Of a stretch of 64,000 bases of DNA, positions 49,491-63,200 are shown one piece after another (within the stretch, counting starts at the first letter, position 1; every line of letters starts with the position of its first letter). The stretch is taken from the NCBI GenBank assembly GCA_950097015.1, contig CATNEN010000014.1:1364001-1428000 (forward strand), written 5' to 3'. Under the pieces are notes generated by a model, which was not told the DNA's origin, did not search any database, and saw only the letters and a list, made by a program, of their open reading frames with translations. This stretch comes from Macrostomum hystrix. Lineage: Eukaryota > Animalia > Platyhelminthes. A program made the position numbers and the translations under genes.

Positions 49491-50599
49491 CTTTAGTGGG
49501 CGGAGTACGATAGAACTATGCTATAAACTAATAACAATACAGTACAGAATCACACATAAGCTAAAGACAAGAAATGTATAGCCAGAAAGAATTTTCTAAT
49601 TGTATTTTGCAGTTTGTTATTTATTCAACTGACTAAAAATTGAACGCGACGGTTAAAAATTTTAGTTTACACAACATGGCGATGTTCACTTAGTTCACTT
49701 AGAATTTTAGAAAACATTTTAGTAAAGTTAGCTTTTTATAAGAACACATGTCTCGGCTGCACTAAAAGACAGAATATCAACTAATAAATCATTAAATGAC
49801 ATTGCGAGCTGGGGTGGATGTGCTGGAACGCAGTCCTTGTGTGCTGGTGTGCAGAACTGACTCACTGCCTGACAGTGGCTTGCTGGAGAGCAGCAGAAAA
49901 ATGTTCAGAGAGCAGCTGATACTAACCAACTGTTAATAGGCAAAGCATGTTATTGTTAGGCAAACAGAAAGTTAAAGGTAAATTTTAGGTAAATAGTGTC
50001 ATCTAGAGTTCAGTTGTAGCTATGGATATAGCTATGGGATGTTACGGATACGTTATTGAAACCATATCTTGTTTTACGCATCTTGTGTTCTTAAATATAG
50101 TTTGTGCTGAAGTAAGTTCAACAAAGCCTACAATGGGAGCTTATAATTCCTTGGTGTTTGGGACTCAAGGTCTGCAGAAACTTCAATGCCGCATACAAAT
50201 TGGGGTTGGTTTTTTTCCACCCCACAAAATTACCAAGCAGGCTGGCCCTCAGCAACGGGCCTAGGCGGATACTTCTTGTAAATGTGCAGCGCAAAATATG
50301 CTCACTGCTACGCTCTGAATGGCTCTTCATGTCGACCAGGACACCGGCTGCCTCCAGCTCCGAGAGGCACTCTTCGTCGCGTCGCTTTGCCCGGCGCTCC
50401 TGTTTTAAGGATTATGTATTAATAAGTTTAGTATGCCTTACCTTATTAGCTAAAGCATATTGCACCAGTATCCTATTGGTTTAGGCTTTTTATCGATTGA
50501 ATGGTGCAGCAGATATGTTGTCTTGCGATCATATCTCTCCAAGTTTCTCAAATCTCGAATGTACAAGCAACTATTGCAATAAGAATTATTGAATTTATG

Positions 50600-51230
50600 G
50601 CCTCACAGTTATCAAGCCCGCTTTGCAGAAGCTATTTAACTCAATCCTTAGGCCTGGATGTACTCCTAAACAATGGTCACTAGCATGAATAAGCCAAATC
50701 TACAAGAAGGGGTCTCGCAGTGATCCAAAAAACTGCAGACCAATAAGCGTCCCGCCAGCCATCGCAAGACTATTTGCATCAATTTACGATAATTTAATTT
50801 AATTTACAATAAATTAGAAGCACACATCAAAGCCCTGAACTCACTATCGGCTAGTCAAATAGGAAGCAGAAAAAGTTGTCGGACTTCCGATCACATCGCA
50901 ACCCTATTGACATTAATTCATAAAAATAAGAAGAAGAATAGACCTTTTTTGTAGACCAGGAATTCTTTAGATAGCGCAAAGGCCACGAACTACGTACAAA
51001 GGAAATTCGATATATTTATAGCTCGTACTAACAAAATATGGCTGGGGGTGACTTTGACATGGTTCACCAGCCAACCCTAGTCACACGACTAAAGCAGTTG
51101 GGCGTGAACCCAGCAATAATAAGTACTATTGAGATTATGTACTCAAGCGCGAAATTTCACTTCAAAGCACAGCTACTGAGGCGTGTCAAATCACAAATGG
51201 TGTCAGACAAGGATGCCCCCTCTTGCATAC
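50600..51230 (+). pseudogene. Non-LTR (LINE) reverse transcriptase remnant
   Basis: Peptides across frameshifts: LQKLFNSIL..PKQW; IYKKGSRSDPKNCRPISV; QIGSRKSCRTSDHIATL; DFDMVHQPTLVTRLKQLGV..IEIMYS; GVRQGCP (51199-51219). Confidence 0.85.
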
Positions 51231-51232
51231 TA

Positions 51233-54200
51233 CACCAGAGTCTGAATCATGGCTAAACCAGAGATTGATTCATGGCTAAACCAGAGTCTGAATCATGGCT
51301 AAACCAGAGATTGATTCATGGCTAAACCAGAGTCTGAATCATGGCTAAACCAGAGATTGATTCATGGCTAAACCAGAGTCTGAATCATGGCTAAACCAGA
51401 GCTTGAATCATGGCTAAACCAGAGTTTGAATCATGGCGAAACCAGAGTCTAAATCATGGCTAAACCAGAGCTTGAATCATGGCTAAACCAGAGCTTGAAT
51501 CATGGCTAAAACCGTGCTTGAATCATGGCTAAACCAGAGTTTGAATCATGGCAAAACCAGCGTTTCAATCATGGCTAAACCAGAGTTTGCATCATAGCCA
51601 ACCTGAGTTTGAATCATGGCTAAACCAGAGTTTGAATCATGGCAAAACCCGAGTTTCAATCATGGCTAAACCAGAGTCTGAATCATGGCTAAACCAGAGT
51701 CTGAATCATGGCTAAACCAGAGTCTGAATCATGGCTAAACCAGAGCTTGAATCCTGACTAAACCAGAGCTGGCATCATGGCTAAAACCGAGCTTGAACCA
51801 TGGCTAAACCAGAGTTTGAATCATGGCAAAACCAGAGTTTGAATCATGGCGAAACCCGAGTTTCAATCATGGCTAAACCAGAGTCTAAATCATGGCTAAA
51901 CCAGAGATTGAATCATGGCTAAACCAGAGCTTGAATCATGGCTAAAACCGTACTTGAATCATGGCTAAACCAGAGTTTGGATCATGGCTACAACAGAGTT
52001 TGCATCATGGCAAAACCAGCGTTTCAATCATGGCAAAACCCGAGTTTCAATAATGGCTAAACCAGAGATTGAATCATGCCTAAACCAGAGTCTGAATCAT
52101 GGCTAAACCAGAGTCTGAATCAGTGCTAAACCAGAGTTTGAATCATGGCTAAACCCGGGCTTGAATCATGGCTAAACCAGAGTTTTAATCAGAGCTAAAC
52201 TGGCGTTTGAATCATGGCTAAACCAGCGTTTGAATCATGGCTAAACTAGAGCCTGAATCATGGCAAAACCAGATTCTAAATCATGGCTAAACCAGAGTCT
52301 GAATCATGGCCAAACCAGAGTTTGAATCATGGCTAAACCAGAGTTTGAATCATAGCTAAACCAGAGTTTGAATCATGGCAAAACCAGAGTTTGCATCATG
52401 GCTAAACCAGAGTTTGAATCATGGCTAAACCAGAGTCTGAATCATGGCTAAACCCAGGCTTGAATCAAGGCTAAACTAGAGTTTGAATCATGGCTAAACT
52501 AGCGTTTCAACCATGGCTAAACTAGCGTTTCAACCATGGCTAAACCAGAGTTTGAATCATGGCTAAACCAGCGTTTGAATCATGGCTAAACTAGAGCCTG
52601 AATCATGGCTAAAGCAGAGTTGAATCATGGCTAAACCAGAGTTGAATCAAAGCTAACCAGAGTTTGAATCATGGCTACACCAGAGTTTTAATCATAGCTA
52701 AACTGGCGTTTGAATCATGGCTAAACCAGCGTTTGAATCATGGCTAAACCAGCGTTTGAATCATGGCTAAACTAGAGCCTGAATCATGGCCAAACCAGAG
52801 TTTAAATCATGGCTAAACCAGAGTTTGAATCATAGCTAAACCAGAGTTTGAATCATGGCGAAACCAGAGTTTGAATCATGGCTAAACCAGAGTTTGAATC
52901 ATGGCTAAACCAGAGTTTGAATCATGGCTAAACCAGAGATTGAATCATGGCTAAACCAGAGTTTGAATCATAGCCAAACAGAGTTCAAGCTAAACCAGAG
53001 TTTGAATCATGGCTAAAACCGTGCTTGAATCATGGCTACACCAGAGTTTGAATCATGGCTAAACTAGCGTTTCAATCATGGCTAAACCAGAGTTGAATCA
53101 TGGCTAAACTCGAGTCTGAATCATGGCTACACCAGAGTTTGAATCATGGCTACACCAGAGTTTTAATCATAGCTAAACTGGCGTTTGAATCATGGCTAAA
53201 CCAGCGTTTGAATCATGGCTAAACTAGAGCCTGAATCATGGCCAAACCAGAGTTTAAATCATGGCTAAACCAGAGTTTGAATCATAGCTAAACCAGAGTT
53301 TGAATCATGGCGAAACCAGAGTTTGAATCATGGCTAAACCAGAGTTTGAATCATGGCTAAACCAGAGTTTGAATCATGGCTAAACCAGAGATTGAATCAT
53401 GGCTAAACCAGAGTTTGAATCATAGCCAAACAGAGTTCAAGCTAAACCAGAGTTTGAATCATGGCTAAAACCGTGCTTGAATCATGGCTACACCAGAGTT
53501 TGAATCATGGCTAAACTAGCGTTTCAATCATGGCTAAACCAGAGTTGAATCATGGCTAAACTCGAGTCTGAATCATGGCTACACCAGCGTTTGAATCATG
53601 GCTAAACCAGAGATTGAATCATGGCTAAACCAGAGTTTGAATCATGGCTAAACTAGAGCCTGAATCATGGCTAAAGCAGAGTTGAATCATGGCTAAACCA
53701 GAGTTGAATCAAAGCTAACCAGAGTTTGAATCAAGGCTAAACCAGAGTTTGAATCATGGCTAAACCAGCGTTTGAATCATGGCTAAACTAGAGCCTGAAT
53801 CATGGCTAAAGCAGAGTTGAATCATGGCTAAACCAGAGTTGAATCAAAGCTAACCAGAGTTTGAATCATGGCTACACCAGAGTTTTAATCATAGCTAAAC
53901 TGGCGTTTGAATCATGGCTAAACCAGCGTTTGAATCATGGCTAAACCAGCGTTTGAATCATGGCTAAACTAGAGCCTGAATCATGGCCAAACCAGAGTTT
54001 AAATCATGGCTAAACCAGAGTTTGAATCATAGCTAAACCAGAGTTTGAATCATGGCGAAACCAGAGTTTGAATCATGGCTAAACCAGAGTTTGAATCATG
54101 GCTAAACCAGAGTTTGAATCATGGCTAAACCAGAGATTGAATCATGGCTAAACCAGAGTTTGAATCATAGCCAAACAGAGTTCAAGCTAAACCAGAGTTT

Positions 54201-57200
54201 GAATCATGGCTAAAACCGTGCTTGAATCATGGCTACACCAGAGTTTGAATCATGGCTAAACTAGCGTTTCAATCATGGCTAAACCAGAGTTGAATCATGG
54301 CTAAACTCGAGTCTGAATCATGGCTACACCAGAGTTTGAATCATGGCTACACCAGAGTTTTAATCATAGCTAAACTGGCGTTTGAATCATGGCTAAACCA
54401 GCGTTTGAATCATGGCTAAACTAGAGCCTGAATCATGGCCAAACCAGAGTTTAAATCATGGCTAAACCAGAGTTTGAATCATAGCTAAACCAGAGTTTGA
54501 ATCATGGCGAAACCAGAGTTTGAATCATGGCTAAACCAGAGTTTGAATCATGGCTAAACCAGAGTTTGAATCATGGCTAAACCAGAGATTGAATCATGGC
54601 TAAACCAGAGTTTGAATCATAGCCAAACAGAGTTCAAGCTAAACCAGAGTTTGAATCATGGCTAAAACCGTGCTTGAATCATGGCTACACCAGAGTTTGA
54701 ATCATGGCTAAACTAGCGTTTCAATCATGGCTAAACCAGAGTTGAATCATGGCTAAACTCGAGTCTGAATCATGGCTACACCAGCGTTTGAATCATGGCT
54801 AAACCAGAGATTGAATCATGGCTAAACCAGAGTTTGAATCATGGCAAAACCCGAGTTTCAATCATGGCTAAACCAGAGTTTGTTTCATGGCTAAACTATA
54901 GCTTGAATCATAGCCAACCAGAGTTCAAGCTAAACCAGAGTTTGAATCATCGCTAAACCCGAGCTTGAATCATGGCTAAACTAGCGTTTCAATCATGGTT
55001 AAACTAGCGTTTCAATCATGGCTAAACCGGAGTTTCAATCATGGCTAAACCAGAGTCTGAATAGTGGCTAAACCAGAGTTTGAATCATGGCTAAACCAGA
55101 GCTTGCATCATAGCCAACCAGAGTTTGAATCATGGCAAAACCAGAGCTTGAATCATGGCTAAACCAGAGCTTGAATCATGGCTAAAACCGTGCTTGAATC
55201 ATGGCTAAACTAGAGTCTAAATCATGGCTACACCAGAGTTTGAATCATGGCAAAACCAGCGTTTCAATCATGGCTAAACCAGAGTTTGCATCATAGCCAA
55301 CCTGAGTTTGAATCATGGCTAAACCAGAGTTTTAATCATGGCAAAACCCGAGTTTCAATCATGGCTAAACCAGAGTCTAAATCATGGCTAAACCGGAGCT
55401 TGAATCATGGCTTAACCAGAGCTTGAATCATGGCTAAAACCGTGCTTGAATCATGGCTAAACCAGAGTCTGAATCATCGCTAAACCAGAGTCTGAATCAT
55501 GGCTAAACCAGAGTCTGAATCATGGCTAAACCAGAGCTTGAATCCTGACTAAACCAGAGCTTGCATCATGGCTATAACCGAGCTTGAATCATGGCTAAAC
55601 CAGAGTTTGAATCATGGCAAAACCAGCGTTTTAATCCTGGCTAAACCAGAGTTTGAATCATGGCGAAACCCGAGTTTCAATCATGGCTAAACCAGAGTCT
55701 AAATCATGGCTAAACCAGAGATTGAATCATGGCTAAACCAGAGCTTGAATCATGGCTAAAACCGTACTTGAATCATGACTAAACCAGAGCTTGAATCATG
55801 GCTAAAACCGTACTTGAATCATGGCTAAACCAGAGTTTGCATCATGGCAAAACCAGCGTTTCAATCATGGCTAAACCAGAGTTGGCATCATAGCCAACCA
55901 GAGTTTGAATCATGGCTAAACCAGAGATTGAATCATGCCTAAACCAGAGTCTGAATCATGGCTAAACCAGAGTCTGAATCATTGCTAAACCAGAGTTTGA
56001 ATCATGGCTAAACCCGGGCTTGAATCATCGCTAAACCAGAGTTGAAACAAAGCTAACCAGAGTTTGAATCATGGCTACACCAGAGTTTTAATCATGGCTA
56101 AACTGGCGTATGAATCATGGCTAAACCAGCGTTTGAATCATGGCTAAACTAGAGCCTGAATCATGGCAAAACCAGATTCTAAATCATGGCTAAACCAGAG
56201 TCTGAATCATGGCTACACCAGAGTTTGAATCATGGCTAAACCAGAGTTTGAATCATAGCTAAACCAGAGTTTGAATCATGGCAAAACCCGAGTTTCAATC
56301 ATGGCTAAACCAGAGTTTGTTTCATGGCTAAACTATAGCTTGAATCATGGCTAAACCAGAGCTTGAATCATGGCTAAAACCGTACTTGAATCATGGCTAA
56401 ACCAGAGTTTGGATCATGGCTACAACAGAGTTTGCATCATGGCAAAACCAGCGTTTCAATCATGGCAAAACCCGAGTTTCAATAATGGCTAAACCAGAGA
56501 TTGAATCATGCCTAAACCAGAGTCTGAATCATGGCTAAACCAGAGTCTGAATCAGTGCTAAACCAGAGTTTGAATCATGGCTAAACCCGGGCTTGAATCA
56601 TGGCTAAACCAGAGTTTTAATCAGAGCTAAACTGGCGTTTGAATCATGGCTAAACCAGCGTTTGAATCATGGCTAAACTAGAGCCTGAATCATGGCAAAA
56701 CCAGATTCTAAATCATGGCTAAACCAGAGTCTGAATCATGGCCAAACCAGAGTTTGAATCATGGCTAAACCAGAGTTTGAATCATAGCTAAACCAGAGTT
56801 TGAATCATGGCAAAACCAGAGTTTGCATCATGGCTAAACCAGAGTTTGAATCATGGCTAAACCAGAGTTTGAATCATAGCTAAACCAGAGTTTGAATCAT
56901 GGCAAAACCAGAGTTTGCATCATGGCTAAACCAGAGTCTGAATCATGGCTAAACCCAGGCTTGAATCAAGGCTAAACTAGAGTTTGAATCATGGCTAACC
57001 CAGAGTTTGAATCATGGCTAAACCAGCGTTTGAATCATGGCTAAACTAGAGCCTGAATCATGGCTAAAGCAGAGTTGAATCATGGCTAAACCAGAGTTGA
57101 ATCAAAGCTAACCAGAGTTTGAATCATGGCTACACCAGAGTTTTAATCATAGCTAAACTGGCGTTTGAATCATGGCTAAACCAGCGTTTGAATCATGGCT

Positions 57201-60200
57201 AAACTAGAGCCTGAATCATGGCCAAACCAGAGTTTAAATCATGGCTAAACCAGAGTTTGAACCATAGCTAAACCAGAGTTTGAATCATGGCGAAACCAGA
57301 GTTTGAATCATGGCTAAACCAGAGTTTGAATCATGGCTAAACCAGAGTTTGAATCATGGCTAAACCAGAGATTGAATCATGGCTAAACCAGAGTTTGAAT
57401 CATAGCCAAACAGAGTTCAAGCTAAACCAGAGTTTGAATCATGGCTAAAACCGTGCTTGAATCATGGCTACACCAGAGTTTGAATCATGGCTAAACTAGC
57501 GTTTCAATCATGGCTAAACCAGAGTTGAATCATGGCTAAACTCGAGTCTGAATCATGGCTACACCAGAGTTTGAATCATGGCTACACCAGAGTTTTAATC
57601 ATAGCTAAACTGGCGTTTGAATCATGGCTAAACCAGCGTTTGAATCATGGCTAAACTAGAGCCTGAATCATGGCCAAACCAGAGTTTAAATCATGGCTAA
57701 ACCAGAGTTTGAATCATAGCTAAACCAGAGTTTGAATCATGGCGAAACCAGAGTTTGAATCATGGCTAAACCAGAGTTTGAATCATGGCTAAACCAGAGT
57801 TTGAATCATGGCTAAACCAGAGATTGAATCATGGCTAAACCAGAGTTTGAATCATAGCCAAACAGAGTTCAAGCTAAACCAGAGTTTGAATCATGGCTAA
57901 AACCGTGCTTGAATCATGGCTACACCAGAGTTTGAATCATGGCTAAACTAGCGTTTCAATCATGGCTAAACCAGAGTTGAATCATGGCTAAACTCGAGTC
58001 TGAATCATGGCTACACCAGCGTTTGAATCATGGCTAAACCAGAGATTGAATCATGGCTAAACCAGAGTTTGAATCATGGCAAAACCCGAGTTTCAATCAT
58101 GGCTAAACCAGAGTTTGTTTCATGGCTAAACTATAGCTTGAATCATAGCCAACCAGAGTTCAAGCTAAACCAGAGTTTGAATCATCGCTAAACCCGAGCT
58201 TGAATCATGGCTAAACTAGCGTTTCAATCATGGTTAAACTAGCGTTTCAATCATGGCTAAACCGGAGTTTCAATCATGGCTAAACCAGAGTCTGAATAGT
58301 GGCTAAACCAGAGTTTGAATCATGGCTAAACCAGAGCTTGCATCATAGCCAACCAGAGTTTGAATCATGGCAAAACCAGAGCTTGAATCATGGCTAAACC
58401 AGAGCTTGAATCATGGCTAAAACCGTGCTTGAATCATGGCTAAACTAGAGTCTAAATCATGGCTACACCAGAGTTTGAATCATGGCAAAACCAGCGTTTC
58501 AATCATGGCTAAACCAGAGTTTGCATCATAGCCAACCTGAGTTTGAATCATGGCTAAACCAGAGTTTTAATCATGGCAAAACCCGAGTTTCAATCATGGC
58601 TAAACCAGAGTCTAAATCATGGCTAAACCGGAGCTTGAATCATGGCTTAACCAGAGCTTGAATCATGGCTAAAACCGTGCTTGAATCATGGCTAAACCAG
58701 AGTCTGAATCATCGCTAAACCAGAGTCTGAATCATGGCTAAACCAGAGTCTGAATCATGGCTAAACCAGAGCTTGAATCCTGACTAAACCAGAGCTTGCA
58801 TCATGGCTATAACCGAGCTTGAATCATGGCTAAACCAGAGTTTGAATCATGGCAAAACCAGCGTTTTAATCCTGGCTAAACCAGAGTTTGAATCATGGCA
58901 AAACCCGAGTTTCAATCATGGCTAAACCAGAGTCTAAATCATGGCTAAACCAGAGATTGAATCATGGCTAAACCAGAGCTTGAATCATGGCTAAAACCGT
59001 ACTTGAATCATGACTAAACCAGAGCTTGAATCATGGCTAAAACCGTACTTGAATCATGGCTAAACCAGAGTTTGCATCATGGCAAAACCAGCGTTTCAAT
59101 CATGGCTAAACCAGAGTTGGCATCATAGCCAACCAGAGTTTGAATCATGGCTAAACCAGAGATTGAATCATGCCTAAACCAGAGTCTGAATCATGGCTAA
59201 ACCAGAGTCTGAATCATTGCTAAACCAGAGTTTGAATCATGGCTAAACCCGGGCTTGAATCATCGCTAAACCAGAGTTGAAACAAAGCTAACCAGAGTTT
59301 GAATCATGGCTACACCAGAGTTTTAATCATGGCTAAACTGGCGTATGAATCATGGCTAAACCAGCGTTTGAATCATGGCTAAACTAGAGCCTGAATCATG
59401 GCAAAACCAGATTCTAAATCATGGCTAAACCAGAGTCTGAATCATGGCTACACCAGAGTTTGAATCATGGCTAAACCAGAGTTTGAATCATAGCTAAACC
59501 AGAGTTTGAATCATGGCAAAACCCGAGTTTCAATCATGGCTAAACCAGAGTTTGTTTCATGGCTAAACTATAGCTTGAATCATAGCCAACCAGAGTTCAA
59601 GCTAAACCAGAGTTTGAATCATCGCTAAACCCGAGCTTGAATCATGGCTAAACTAGCGTTTCAATCATGGTTAAACTAGCGTTTCAATCATGGCTAAACC
59701 GGAGTTTCAATCATGGCTAAACCAGAGTCTGAATAGTGGCTAAACCAGAGTTTGAATCATGGCTAAACCAGAGCTTGCATCATAGCCAACCAGAGTTTGA
59801 ATCATGGCAAAACCAGAGCTTGAATCATGGCTAAACCAGAGCTTGAATCATGGCTAAAACCGTGCTTGAATCATGGCTAAACTAGAGTCTAAATCATGGC
59901 TACACCAGAGTTTGAATCATGGCAAAACCAGCGTTTCAATCATGGCTAAACCAGAGTTTGCATCATAGCCAACCTGAGTTTGAATCATGGCTAAACCAGA
60001 GTTTTAATCATGGCAAAACCCGAGTTTCAATCATGGCTAAACCAGAGTCTAAATCATGGCTAAACCGGAGCTTGAATCATGGCTTAACCAGAGCTTGAAT
60101 CATGGCTAAAACCGTGCTTGAATCATGGCTAAACCAGAGTCTGAATCATCGCTAAACCAGAGTCTGAATCATGGCTAAACCAGAGTCTGAATCATGGCTA

Positions 60201-63200
60201 AACCAGAGCTTGAATCCTGACTAAACCAGAGCTTGCATCATGGCTATAACCGAGCTTGAATCATGGCTAAACCAGAGTTTGAATCATGGCAAAACCAGCG
60301 TTTTAATCCTGGCTAAACCAGAGTTTGAATCATGGCGAAACCCGAGTTTCAATCATGGCTAAACCAGAGTCTAAATCATGGCTAAACCAGAGATTGAATC
60401 ATGGCTAAACCAGAGCTTGAATCATGGCTAAAACCGTACTTGAATCATGACTAAACCAGAGCTTGAATCATGGCTAAAACCGTACTTGAATCATGGCTAA
60501 ACCAGAGTTTGCATCATGGCAAAACCAGCGTTTCAATCATGGCTAAACCAGAGTTGGCATCATAGCCAACCAGAGTTTGAATCATGGCTAAACCAGAGAT
60601 TGAATCATGCCTAAACCAGAGTCTGAATCATGGCTAAACCAGAGTCTGAATCATTGCTAAACCAGAGTTTGAATCATGGCTAAACCCGGGCTTGAATCAT
60701 CGCTAAACCAGAGTTGAAACAAAGCTAACCAGAGTTTGAATCATGGCTACACCAGAGTTTTAATCATGGCTAAACTGGCGTATGAATCATGGCTAAACCA
60801 GCGTTTGAATCATGGCTAAACTAGAGCCTGAATCATGGCAAAACCAGATTCTAAATCATGGCTAAACCAGAGTCTGAATCATGGCTACACCAGAGTTTGA
60901 ATCATGGCTAAACCAGAGTTTGAATCATAGCTAAACCAGAGTTTGAATCATGGCAAAAACAGAGTTTGAATCATGGCTAAACCAGAGTTTGAATCATGGC
61001 TAAAATGGAGTTTGAATCATGGCTAAACCAGAGTCTGAATCATGGCTAAAACCGTACTTGAATCATGGCTAAACCAGAGTTTGCATCATGGCAAAACCAG
61101 CGTTTCAATCATGGCTAAACCAGAGTTTGCATCATAGCCAACCAGAGTTTGAATCATGGCTAAACCAGAGTCTAAATCATGGCTAAACCAGAGATTGAAT
61201 CATGGCTAAACCAGAGCTTGAATCATGGCTAAAACCGTACTTGAATCATGGCTAAACCAGAGTTTGGATCATGGCTACAACAGAGTTTGCATCATGGCAA
61301 AACCAGCGTTTCAATCATGGCAAAACCCGAGTTTCAATAATGGCTAAACCAGAGATTGAATCATGCCTAAACCAGAGTCTGAATCATGGCTAAACCAGAG
61401 TCTGAATCATTGCTAAACCAGAGTTTGAATCATGGCTAAACCCGGGCTTGAATCATGGCTAAACCAGAGTTTTAATCAGAGCTAAACTGGCGTTTGAATC
61501 ATGGCTAAACCAGCGTTTGAATCATGGCTAAACTAGAGCCTGAATCATGGCAAAACCAGATTCTAAATCATGGCTAAACCAGAGTCTGAATCATGGCCAA
61601 ACCAGAGTTTGAATCATGGCTAAACCAGAGTTTGAATCATAGCTAAACCAGAGTTTGAATCATGGCAAAACCAGAGTTTGCATCATGGCTAAACCAGAGT
61701 TTGAAGCATGGCTAAACCAGAGTCTGAATCATGGCTAAACCCAGGCTTGAATCAAGGCTAAACTAGAGTTTGAATCATGGCTAAACTAGCGTTTCAACCA
61801 TGGCTAAACCAGAGTTTGAATCATGGCTAAACTAGAGCCTGAATCATGGCTAAAGCAGAGTTGAATCATGGCTAAACCAGAGTTGAATCAAAGCTAACCA
61901 GAGTTTGAATCATGGCTACACCAGAGTTTTAATCATAGCTAAACTGGCGTTTGAATCATGGCTAAACCAGCGTTTGAATCATGGCTAAACTAGAGCCTGA
62001 ATCATGGCCAAACCAGAGTTTAAATCATGGCTAAACCAGAGTTTGAATCATAGCTAAACCAGAGTTTGAATCATGGCGAAACCAGAGTTTGAATCATGGC
62101 TAAACCAGAGTTTGAATCATGGCTAAACCAGAGTTTGAATCATGGCTAAACCAGAGATTGAATCATGGCTAAACCAGAGTTTGAATCATAGCCAAACAGA
62201 GTTCAAGCTAAACCAGAGTTTGAATCATGGCTAAAACCGTGCTTGAATCATGGCTACACCAGAGTTTGAATCATGGCTAAACTAGCGTTTCAATCATGGC
62301 TAAACCAGAGTTGAATCATGGCTAAACTCGAGTCTGAATCATGGCTACACCAGCGTTTGAATCATGGCTAAACCAGAGATTGAATCATGGCTAAACCAGA
62401 GTTTGAATCATGGCAAAACCCGAGTTTCAATCATGGCTAAACCAGAGTTTGTTTCATGGCTAAACTATAGCTTGAATCATAGCCAACCAGAGTTCAAGCT
62501 AAACCAGAGTTTGAATCATCGCTAAACCCGAGCTTGAATCATGGCTAAACTAGCGTTTCAATCATGGTTAAACTAGCGTTTCAATCATGGCTAAACCGGA
62601 GTTTCAATCATGGCTAAACCAGAGTCTGAATAGTGGCTAAACCAGAGTTTGAATCATGGCTAAACCAGAGCTTGCATCATAGCCAACCATAGTTTGAATC
62701 ATGGCAAAACCAGAGCTTGAATCATGGCTTAACCAGAGCTTGAATCATGGCTAAAACCGTGCTTGAATCATGGCTAAACTAGAGTCTAAATCATGGCTAC
62801 ACCAGAGTTTGAATCATGGCAAAACCAGCGTTTCAATCATGGCTAAACCAGAGTTTGCATCATAGCCAACCTGAGTTTGAATCATGGCTAAACCAGAGTT
62901 TGAATCATGGCAAAACCCGAGTTTCAATCATGGCTAAACCAGAGTCTAAATCATGGCTAAACCGGAGCTTGAATCATGGCTTAACCAGAGCTTGAATCAT
63001 GGCTAAAACCGTGCTTGAATCATGGCTAAACCAGAGTCTGAATCATCGCTAAACCAGAGTCTGAATCATGGCTAAACCAGAGTCTGAATCATGGCTAAAC
63101 CAGAGCTTGAATCCTGACTAAACCAGAGCTTGCATCATGGCTATAACCGAGCTTGAATCATGGCTAAACCAGAGTTTGAATCATGGCAAAACCAGCGTTT

